Source: Phycisphaerales bacterium (GTDB lineage Bacteria; Planctomycetota; Phycisphaerae; Phycisphaerales; UBA1924). From it: a stretch of DNA of 64,000 nt. The notes beneath the pieces are model-generated. The model did not search any database. It was not told where the DNA came from and saw only the letters and a program-made list of their open reading frames with translations. Every line of letters begins with the position of its first letter. Positions within the stretch are counted from its first letter, which is position 1. This document shows positions 35,905-43,833 of the stretch, in pieces. A program made the position numbers and the translations under genes. The stretch is taken from positions 1,376,001 through 1,440,000 of the forward strand of contig OZ245777.1 of NCBI GenBank assembly GCA_965227775.1. Reading direction: 5' to 3'.

Positions 35905-37686
35905 ATGCGGGGACGAACGACCAATGCAGCGGTTCTGATGTTGATTTCAGGGCTTCCGGCGGCCGCGCTCGCTCAGGGCCCGCTATTGGAGCCATTTCCG
36001 GGTGAGTTCGACCTCGATGCGCTCGATGGCGCGATCGGCTTTCGCATCGACGGAGCCGTCGAGAACGATCGCACGGGCCGCACCATTGCGAGTGCCGGAG
36101 ACGTGAACGGCGATGGCCTGGAAGACCTGATCATCGGCGCGGTCGGATTCGATGCGGACGGCGTGAGCGCCGCCGGTGCGGTCTTTGTGGTGTTCGGTTC
36201 GGCCGAGCCCCGGGACGCCTTGCTCGATCTGGCACTCGTGGACGGGACCAACAGCTTCCGGCTCGAGGGCTTTGGTGAGCGCGACTATGTGGGTTCAACG
36301 GTGTCCGCAGCCGGTGACTTCAACGGCGACGGCATCGATGACGTCGCCATCGGGTCGGGGGGCTACGACGCCGGGTCCGCGTTCCAGGCCGGCGCCGTGT
36401 ACGTGGTGTTCGGCCGCACCGATGGCTTCCCGGCCTCGTTCTCGCTGGCGGACCTGGATGGGACCGACGGGCTGCGGCTGACCGGCACGCGTGCGGGCGA
36501 GCGCGCCGAGAAGGTTGCGGGCATCGGGGATCTGAATGGCGACGGCATCGACGATATCGCCATCGGAGCGTACGGATTCACTTCCGCCTACGACCGTGGC
36601 CGCACGTACGTGGTGTACGGCCGCGACACCACGAGCGGCGCCGATCCGTTCCCGGCCGTGCTGCCCCTCGACGAGGTTCGTGGGCCGATCGGTTTTCGGA
36701 TCGAGGGCGAAGCCGACGGCGACCTCGCCGGATTCTCCGTTGCCGGCGTTGGCGATGTGAACGGGGACGGCCGCAGCGATCTGGGCATCGGTGCGCCCGA
36801 TGCCTCCCCCGGCGGTCGCACGTTGGCCGGTGCCGCGTATGTCGTGTTCGGCCGCGATGCGTCCTCGCCGTTCTCCGATTCGCTGAGCCTGTCCGACCTG
36901 GACGGCTCCAACGGCTTCCGGACCGAGGGTATCACGTTCGGTGACACGTGCGGGTTCGACATCGACGCCGCCGGCGACGCGAACGCGGACGGTGTCGACG
37001 ACGTGATCATCGGCGTGGTCAACGAGCGCGATGCTTCCGGCCGGTTCCAGCCCGGCGCCGCCTATGTCGTGTTTGGCAGCGCGACAAACGGCTTCCCGGC
37101 ATCGCTGCCGCTCTCGATGATCGATGGTACGAACGGGTTCCGGATGCGCGGGTTCGATCGCGACGACGCGGTCGGTGTGAGCGTCGTCGGCGGGGGCGAT
37201 GTCGATGGCGATGGGATCGATGACGTGGTCATCGGTGCGCCCGACGTCGATCCGGATGGTCGCACCGATGCCGGCGAGACGTATATCGTGTTTGGCCGCA
37301 ACACGCCGTTTCCCGAGTCGATCGAGCTCGAATCGCTCGGGGCCGAGTCGGGCGTGACGATCCCGGGCCTGATCGCCGGCGACGGTCTTGGCCGCAGTTC
37401 CGCGATGGCCGACCTCAACGCCGATGGGCGAGCCGACGTGATCGTGTCGGCCGAACTGGCCGACCCGCTCGGCCGAGCCGATGCTGCGTCGAACTTCGTA
37501 ATCTTCGGCCGGAGTGGTTGCGTCGCCGATCTCGATCGCGACGGCACGCTCACGATCTTCGATTTTTTGGCGTTTGCCAACTTGTTCGACCTCATGGATC
37601 CACGCGCCGACTTCGATGGCGATGGTGAGTTTACAGTATTCGACTTCCTGGCGTTCCAGAACGCGTTTGACGTGGGGTGCCCGTAG
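35905..37686 (+). CDS. FG-GAP/integrin-alpha-like protein with GC-type dockerin-like module (copy 3)
   Basis: Same repeat architecture; GGAGG RBS; ends ...FDVGCP. Confidence 0.9.
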   Translation: MRGRTTNAAVLMLISGLPAAALAQGPLLEPFPGEFDLDALDGAIGFRIDGAVENDRTGRTIASAGDVNGDGLEDLIIGAVGFDADGVSAAGAVFVVFGSAEPRDALLDLALVDGTNSFRLEGFGERDYVGSTVSAAGDFNGDGIDDVAIGSGGYDAGSAFQAGAVYVVFGRTDGFPASFSLADLDGTDGLRLTGTRAGERAEKVAGIGDLNGDGIDDIAIGAYGFTSAYDRGRTYVVYGRDTTSGADPFPAVLPLDEVRGPIGFRIEGEADGDLAGFSVAGVGDVNGDGRSDLGIGAPDASPGGRTLAGAAYVVFGRDASSPFSDSLSLSDLDGSNGFRTEGITFGDTCGFDIDAAGDANADGVDDVIIGVVNERDASGRFQPGAAYVVFGSATNGFPASLPLSMIDGTNGFRMRGFDRDDAVGVSVVGGGDVDGDGIDDVVIGAPDVDPDGRTDAGETYIVFGRNTPFPESIELESLGAESGVTIPGLIAGDGLGRSSAMADLNADGRADVIVSAELADPLGRADAASNFVIFGRSGCVADLDRDGTLTIFDFLAFANLFDLMDPRADFDGDGEFTVFDFLAFQNAFDVGCP

Positions 37687-37760
37687 GCGGCGCAGTTTCC
37701 GGCACGCAGGGCACAAGCTCGCTGCGCCTAGTTTGAGCGTGCTCTGTTCGCAGATGTGGC

Positions 37761-38672
37761 CTACATGGACTGGGCGCGTCGTCCTTTTGAGGCGTTCGGC
37801 ACCGGGTCGCGTTGGCCGTGCTGTTGCGCTGCGTAGATGACGCCGAGCACTATGAAGATCGCACCGGCGAAGTACAAGGCGATCATGGCAGCTGTCGCGG
37901 GCCATGTCGAACCGCCCGCGTGCGTGGCTCTGCTGTGACGCTGGGAGGATCCGCCGAGCCGCCACAGCGCCCGGTGGCTGTCGTGCCAGACTACTTCGCC
38001 GGTCTGTGTCGCTTCGTAGCCGTTGCGTACGGGCGCGCCCGTTGGCGCGTGTACGAGCTCTGCCGCCTCGAACATCTCGGCTGCGACCCATCGTCGCTGG
38101 TCCAGCCCGGCGGCGGTGTAGAGCGCGCCGACGCCGTCCGACAGGCCCTGCCCGGAATCTAGTGGCAGGGGCGGAACAGTGGCGCTGTCGAGAATAGTCC
38201 ATCCATCCGTTGCGGCGTCGTATCGCAGTACGTGCGTCGCGAGACTCGTGGCGTCGCTGCCCTTCACCCGGATCTGCGCCGTGCCGCCGGTTGCCTCGAA
38301 GGATGTGCGACCAGAGCCTGCTGGGCCAACGAGCTCATCGATGCCCGTGAAGTCGATGACATACGCGAGCGTGTACGCCCCTGGCACCGTGAACTGCTCG
38401 GTCATGGGCGTTGCCTCGAACGTCGCCGATCGCTGAGCGGGCCAGCTTGTCGGGGCGACCGTGCGCGAGGGGCTTTGGGTCGAAGCATCGATGAGCATCG
38501 CGATCGAGATGGCCACGCCCCCCGAGCACATCAGAGTCATCGCCGGCCTCAAGCGGCGCGACGCCGCTGGCGACGCGCGCACACCGATATACGAGCGCGC
38601 GATGGCAACAAGCCCGATCGCATTAGTCATGAGCAGCAGGATTGCAAGGATGAGCAAAACGCGATCGGACAT
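37761..38672 (-). CDS. Hypothetical membrane protein
   Basis: Two N-terminal TM helices and one C-terminal TM helix around a soluble domain; no family recognised. Confidence 0.6.
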   Translation of the reverse strand: MSDRVLLILAILLLMTNAIGLVAIARSYIGVRASPAASRRLRPAMTLMCSGGVAISIAMLIDASTQSPSRTVAPTSWPAQRSATFEATPMTEQFTVPGAYTLAYVIDFTGIDELVGPAGSGRTSFEATGGTAQIRVKGSDATSLATHVLRYDAATDGWTILDSATVPPLPLDSGQGLSDGVGALYTAAGLDQRRWVAAEMFEAAELVHAPTGAPVRNGYEATQTGEVVWHDSHRALWRLGGSSQRHSRATHAGGSTWPATAAMIALYFAGAIFIVLGVIYAAQQHGQRDPVPNASKGRRAQSM

Positions 38673-38682
38673 CAAACAGATC

Positions 38683-39315
38683 CTAGGAAATCGGTACCTG
38701 CTCCGGTAGAACAGCCTCGATCGCCGCGCCGCACTCGGGGCACGTTTCGAGACCCGTTGCGTCGTAGCCGCATGCAGGGCAAGGGATGCGGCCGGCGGCG
38801 ACGGCGCGTTTCACGCGGCGGCGTCGCGTGAAGTCTCTTATCAGGATCGGTGTGGTGAAGGCCAAGGTAGGAGGTGCCAGAATCGCCCAGACCGGGATGG
38901 CGACGAGGAAGGGCGGGTCGTTCACTGGCTGGCCCTGGAAGGACCACTGGAAGGAGAAGTGCAGCAACTGGCTGACGTCTGCGTCCCAAGCAAACTTCTG
39001 CCTGCTGGGAGTGAAGAGCTGCAACGGTGCCATGTCGATCCGGCTGAGGCCACCGCCCCCAATACGCCAAACCACTTGGGATTGCCCATAAAGGCGGCCG
39101 TACCAGAACAAGCACGGCAGTATTGACGTGATGATGACCACGACCAGCCATGCCGAGAGCCACGGCCGGCGCTTGATGAATGCCCACGCAAGCCGCCAGC
39201 AGAAGTTGGCCACGCGCAGGCACGTTTCTCCTGGTCCGATGAGCTTGATGACGGCCTCCGCTTGATCATTGGGCGTCGTGCCGGGCAGATGTCCCTCGCT
39301 GGAACCCTTCTCCAC
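38683..39315 (-). CDS. Hypothetical membrane protein with C-terminal zinc ribbon (start uncertain)
   Basis: TM segments followed by RRRRVKR...CPACGYDATGLETCPECG, a C-terminus common in planctomycete hypotheticals. Confidence 0.7.
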   Translation of the reverse strand: MEKGSSEGHLPGTTPNDQAEAVIKLIGPGETCLRVANFCWRLAWAFIKRRPWLSAWLVVVIITSILPCLFWYGRLYGQSQVVWRIGGGGLSRIDMAPLQLFTPSRQKFAWDADVSQLLHFSFQWSFQGQPVNDPPFLVAIPVWAILAPPTLAFTTPILIRDFTRRRRVKRAVAAGRIPCPACGYDATGLETCPECGAAIEAVLPEQVPIS

Positions 39316-39369
39316 GCCCCTCTAGCCTCTTTAGTCAGGCCCTTCGACCCCTTTGGAGCTTGTTTTCCC

Positions 39370-40959
39370 ATGAACCTCGGCCAGTTCTTCGAGCATTGGA
39401 GCATCGCCGAGAACCCCTTCCGGGGCGAAGAAGCCCGCCACGACGCGGTGTTCGCGCGGCTGACCGCCGAGCCGGCAGCAGCCTCGGCCGGCGCCGACGC
39501 CGGCAAGCCCGAGCCCGAAGCCGCCACCAATGCAGCGCCCGCACGTGGCGATGCGCGGCATAGCGACTTCGAGAAGATCGTCGGCGACCTGCGCAGCCCC
39601 AGCACTTCGATCGTCTTCGGCGAGAAGGGCAGCGGCAAGACGGCGCTCCGCCTGCAGATCGAGGGGCGCGTGCACGCCCACAACCGCCGGCACTCGGGTG
39701 AGCGCGTGCTCATGATCGCCCACGACGATCTCAACGCCGTCATCGATCGCTACCACGAACGCAGCGGCCAGGACACGGCGCTCGAGAGCCTCTCGCACTT
39801 CCGCCTCGTCGACCACGTCGACGCGATGCTGCTGTGGGCGGCGCCACGGCTGGTCGATGCACTGCTGGAGGAGTCCGCGCCCGACGCGCTCGAGCTGGCC
39901 GAGGGCCAACGCAAGAGCCTGCGCAAGCTCGACGCCGGCGCGCGGCGCGACCTGCTCTTGTTGCAAGCCGTGTACGACCGACCCGACGCCGCCGACGTGC
40001 GCACGGCACGGCTGCGCAAGGCCCTGAAGTTGCCGCGCGGTGGCGGCAAGCTCGCGTGGGACGTTGTGCTGTTCGCCGGCTGGATCCTGCCGATCGCAGC
40101 GCTCATTGGCTGGTGGCAGCTCGGCGGCTTGCCCGACGTCGTGTGGTGGGTGCTCGTCGCGGCGGGCGCGGTCGCGTGGGCGGCGGCGGGCGTGAAACGC
40201 CTGGTGCTCGACCGCATGGCGATGCAGCGATTGGGCAAGAAGGTCCGCAAGCAGGTCCGCGTGAGCGCGCGCGGCGACGCGAGCTACGCCGAGAGCTTCG
40301 CGCAGCTCGACCCGGTCTACGCGACCGCCCAGAACCTGCCGACGACCGACGCGGACGACACGCGGTACGCCATGCTCGAGCGTTTGCGCCGCGTCGTCCG
40401 GGCCCTCGGCTACCGCGGCTTGCTGGTCGTCATCGACCGCGTGGACGAGCCGAGCCTCATCAGCGGAAACCCCGAAGCGATGCGCGCGCTCATCTGGCCC
40501 CTGCTCAGCAACAAGTTCTTGCAGATGGACGGCGTGGGCGTCAAGATGCTCCTTCCCATCGAGCTGCGTCACGCCTTGTACCGCGAGAGCAGCGCCTTCT
40601 TCCAGGAAGCCCGCCTCGACAAGCAGAACCTCGTCGACCGACTGAGCTGGACCGGCGCGATGCTCTACGACCTGTGCGATGCGCGGCTGAAGGCATGCCT
40701 CGAACCCGGTGCCAAGCCCATCACGCTGGTCGACTTGTTTGCCGAGGACGTGACCGAACGCGATCTGGTCGATGCGCTCGACCAGATGCACCAGCCACGG
40801 GACGCGTTCAAGTTCCTGTACCAGTGCCTGAGCGAGCACTGCTCGAACGTGACGGCCCAGGAGCAGGCCTGGCGGGTGCCCAGGCTGGTGCTCGAGAGCG
40901 TGCGCAAGCAGCAGAGCGAGCGGGTGCAGCAGTTGTATCGGGGCATCAGCCCGGCCTGA
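39370..40959 (+). CDS. Membrane-anchored P-loop NTPase, uncharacterised
   Basis: ENPF N-terminal motif, Walker A GEKGSGKT, two TM helices, then Walker B-like LLVVIDRVDE. Confidence 0.75.
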   Translation: MNLGQFFEHWSIAENPFRGEEARHDAVFARLTAEPAAASAGADAGKPEPEAATNAAPARGDARHSDFEKIVGDLRSPSTSIVFGEKGSGKTALRLQIEGRVHAHNRRHSGERVLMIAHDDLNAVIDRYHERSGQDTALESLSHFRLVDHVDAMLLWAAPRLVDALLEESAPDALELAEGQRKSLRKLDAGARRDLLLLQAVYDRPDAADVRTARLRKALKLPRGGGKLAWDVVLFAGWILPIAALIGWWQLGGLPDVVWWVLVAAGAVAWAAAGVKRLVLDRMAMQRLGKKVRKQVRVSARGDASYAESFAQLDPVYATAQNLPTTDADDTRYAMLERLRRVVRALGYRGLLVVIDRVDEPSLISGNPEAMRALIWPLLSNKFLQMDGVGVKMLLPIELRHALYRESSAFFQEARLDKQNLVDRLSWTGAMLYDLCDARLKACLEPGAKPITLVDLFAEDVTERDLVDALDQMHQPRDAFKFLYQCLSEHCSNVTAQEQAWRVPRLVLESVRKQQSERVQQLYRGISPA

Positions 40960-41223
40960 GAACCAGCAGCAGGCGAGGCCCTCGGCTGAAAAGCGACAGC
41001 TTTGCGACAGAGTCGCCGCACCGCGTAACCAACCGAGATCGATCGGCATAGGGGTGCCCAAAGTGGCGTCCAGGGCGTCCTTCGGGCCGATGAGGGGTTG
41101 AATCCCCGGCCTGCGTGGGGGATGATGCCCGTATCTGAGCGCCACGCGGGGCGCCGGCTCGTTGGGGTCCCGCGCGTTCGCGCCCGTCCGGGCGGCGGCT
41201 CGTCAAGAAAGGATCACCAACTC

Positions 41224-43155
41224 ATGGCCGGCATTGAGAACGTCATCAATACGCTCAACGGTCTGCTCTTCAGCGACTACGTGGTCTACGCGCTGCTCTT
41301 GGTGGGCCTGGCGTTCACGATCTGGAGCGGCTTCGGCCAGTACCGCGCCCTGACCCACGGCGTGGCGGTCGTTCGCGGCAAGTACGACGACAAGAACGAT
41401 CCCGGCGCCATCAACCACTTCCAGGCGCTCTCCGCGGCACTCTCTGCAACGGTCGGCCTTGGCAACATCGGTGGTGTGGCGCTCGCGGTAGCGCTCGGCG
41501 GGCCTGGCGCCGTCTTCTGGATGTGGATCATCGGCATCCTGGGCATGGCCCTTAAGATGACCGAGGTCACCCAGAGCATGCTCTACCGCAACACCGACGA
41601 CCCCGACAACCCGCACGGCGGGCCCATGTTCGTGGTGCGCGAGGGCTTCAAGAAGTGGGGGCTTGGCCCGCTGGGCACGATCTTTGGCGGCGTCTTCTGC
41701 GTCACGCTGCTCATCAGCGCCATCACCGGCGGCAACATGTTCCAGGCCTGGAACGTGGCGGACCTGAGCACGAACTACTTCGAGGTGCCGCAGGTAGTCA
41801 CCGGCATCATCCTGGCGATCGTCGTCGGGCTTGTGATCATCGGCGGCATCAAGCGCATCGGTTCGGTCGCCGGCCGCATCGTGCCGCTCATGTGCGTGCT
41901 GTACGTCGCGGCGGCGCTGTACGTGCTGCTGATGAACATCTCGGTCATCCCCGAGATGATCATGCTCATCATCCGCAGCGGCCTGCCGGGCTTCCTGGGC
42001 GGGCAGGATCCTGTGCCTGCTGGTGCGTTCCTTGGCGGCACGTTTGCGTATGCGGCCATGTGGGGTGTGAAGCGTGCCCTGTTTAGCTCCGAGGCTGGCC
42101 AGGGTTCGAGCCCCATCGCTCACTCGGCGGCCAAGACCGACGAGCCCGTCCGCGAGGGCGTGGTGGCCGGGCTCGAGCCGTTCATCGACACCATCGTGGT
42201 GTGCACGCTGACGGCCCTGGTGATCCTCTCCAGCGGCGCGTACAACCGCCCGCCCGAGGCGTACATCCCGAGCGAGCAGGCCATGCAGGTCGTGCAGGCA
42301 ACCGACGCCGACGGCCAGCCCATTGAGAACACCTGGACCATTGGCAGCGCCCCATTGCCCGGCAAGACGGTGGCCGCCAAGCGCACGCTGAGCACGCCCG
42401 AGGGCGAGGCCGGCTGGCGTGATGGTGAGACGGTGTTCGTCGTGGTTGCCGCCGACCTGGATGAGAACACCGGCCGCAACCTGCGTCGCCTGAGCGGTAC
42501 AGTGACGCGCGATTCCGAGGACCGGTGGATCGTGAATTGGGGCACGCTCGAGAGCGAGGCAGAACCGACGCTTCGGTCGACGGTCGAGCCCGAAGCCGAA
42601 GCACCCGAGGGTGAAGCGACTGCCGCGCCTGAGGAGGATGCGGGCGTGGGCGTGTACGGCGACTACGCGGGCGCGAGCCTGACCGCACACGCGTTCGATC
42701 GCGTGACGCCCGGGCTTGGCAAGTGGCTGGTGACGGTCGCGGCGTGGCTGTTCGCAGTCTCGACGATGATTTCGTGGAGCTATTACGGTGAGCAGGGCAT
42801 CTTCTATCTCTTTGGCCAGCTTGGCAAGAAGAAGGTCGATGCCATCGTGCTGCTGTACAAGGTCGTCTATTGCTTGCTCATCCTGTTGACGACCGTGGCG
42901 GCCATGCCGATCGTGACCGGCCCCGACGGCTCGAAGCGTGCACTCATCGGTACCGACACGCAGCTGGACATGTGGACCACGCTTGGCCTGGGTGTCATGC
43001 TCGTGGCCAACATCCCGATCATGATCATCTTCGGCAGCCAGGCGATGAAGGCGTACCACGAGTACATGGGCCGCCTGAAGCGTGGCGAGCTCGAGGCTGG
43101 TGCGCATGAGCCGGCTTCGATCAAGGACGTCGCCGAGGGCAAGGACGTGGAGTAA
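41224..43155 (+). CDS. Alanine/glycine:cation symporter (AGCS, AlsT/AgcS family)
   Basis: FQALSAALSATVGLGNIGGVA, GGPGAVFWMW, GGPM, FSSEAGQGSSPIAHSAA and WSYYGE motifs. Confidence 0.93.
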   Translation: MAGIENVINTLNGLLFSDYVVYALLLVGLAFTIWSGFGQYRALTHGVAVVRGKYDDKNDPGAINHFQALSAALSATVGLGNIGGVALAVALGGPGAVFWMWIIGILGMALKMTEVTQSMLYRNTDDPDNPHGGPMFVVREGFKKWGLGPLGTIFGGVFCVTLLISAITGGNMFQAWNVADLSTNYFEVPQVVTGIILAIVVGLVIIGGIKRIGSVAGRIVPLMCVLYVAAALYVLLMNISVIPEMIMLIIRSGLPGFLGGQDPVPAGAFLGGTFAYAAMWGVKRALFSSEAGQGSSPIAHSAAKTDEPVREGVVAGLEPFIDTIVVCTLTALVILSSGAYNRPPEAYIPSEQAMQVVQATDADGQPIENTWTIGSAPLPGKTVAAKRTLSTPEGEAGWRDGETVFVVVAADLDENTGRNLRRLSGTVTRDSEDRWIVNWGTLESEAEPTLRSTVEPEAEAPEGEATAAPEEDAGVGVYGDYAGASLTAHAFDRVTPGLGKWLVTVAAWLFAVSTMISWSYYGEQGIFYLFGQLGKKKVDAIVLLYKVVYCLLILLTTVAAMPIVTGPDGSKRALIGTDTQLDMWTTLGLGVMLVANIPIMIIFGSQAMKAYHEYMGRLKRGELEAGAHEPASIKDVAEGKDVE

Positions 43156-43203
43156 TCCGCACGACCTTTTCCCCAACAATGCTGATGAAGGGGAGGGTTC
43201 GAC

Positions 43204-43767
43204 ATGCTCGATTGGTTCTTCAACGACGGAGCCATCTGGTTCGCCGTGCCGGCGTTGTTCGGCACCGGGTTGTTCCTGATCCAGTTGTTCCTTGGTGAGC
43301 TTGGCGGCGATTTCGATGTCGATGTCGACGTCGATGCCGACATGAGCGGCGCGGGCGACTTTCGCGCCCTCAGCATCCAGACGATCGCTGCGTTCTGCCT
43401 CGGGTCGGGCTGGATGGGGCTTGCGGCCTTTCGTGTGCTCGAACTGGGCATGGTGGGCTCGGTCGCGATCGCGGTCATCAGTGGCGTTGGCGTGGCCTGG
43501 CTCATGGCGTATCTGACACGCCAGCTGTTCAAGCTGCAACGCTCGGGCAACATCAGTATCGCGCAGGCGGAAGGGCTTACCGGCGAGGTCGCCGTGACCG
43601 TGCCGCCGGCCAACGAGGGCCGAGGCGCCGTCTCGGTCGTCATCAACGGCCGTCGACGCGAGTACGACGCCGTACAAGCCGGTGAAGAGGCGATCCGACC
43701 GCGCACAAGTGTCACGATCGTCTCGGTCGACACCCAACAGAACACGCTCTCGGTCGAGCGGGCCTAA
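43204..43767 (+). CDS. YuaF-like short NfeD protein
   Basis: Three TM helices with an acidic DVDVDAD linker and a C-terminal OB fold, directly upstream of flotillin. Confidence 0.8.
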   Translation: MLDWFFNDGAIWFAVPALFGTGLFLIQLFLGELGGDFDVDVDVDADMSGAGDFRALSIQTIAAFCLGSGWMGLAAFRVLELGMVGSVAIAVISGVGVAWLMAYLTRQLFKLQRSGNISIAQAEGLTGEVAVTVPPANEGRGAVSVVINGRRREYDAVQAGEEAIRPRTSVTIVSVDTQQNTLSVERA

Positions 43768-43833
43768 CGCACGCCGGGCCTATCCTGAGACACTCGAGGA
43801 CCGCCAGAGAGAGGCGGTGTAAGGGGGGATTGC

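Larger units (their letters stand above)
21943..37686. repeat. Five dispersed copies of a 165-168-nt C-terminal dockerin-like cassette (21943-22107 minus; 29419-29586; 33223-33390; 35109-35276; 37519-37686)
   Basis: Each encodes C-x-ADLD.DG.LT..D(F/Y)L.F.N.F...D..ADFD.DG..(T/S).FDFL.FQN.FD..C. The DNA is visibly similar, e.g. GACTTCCTGGCGTTCCAGAAC recurs in several copies. Confidence 0.9.

Noticed and set aside
21943..37686. Repeated GACTTCCTGGCGTTCCAGAAC-type sequences considered as CRISPR or mobile repeats
   Set aside because: They are in-frame coding parts of the dockerin-like module, dispersed, with no spacers or cas/transposase genes.
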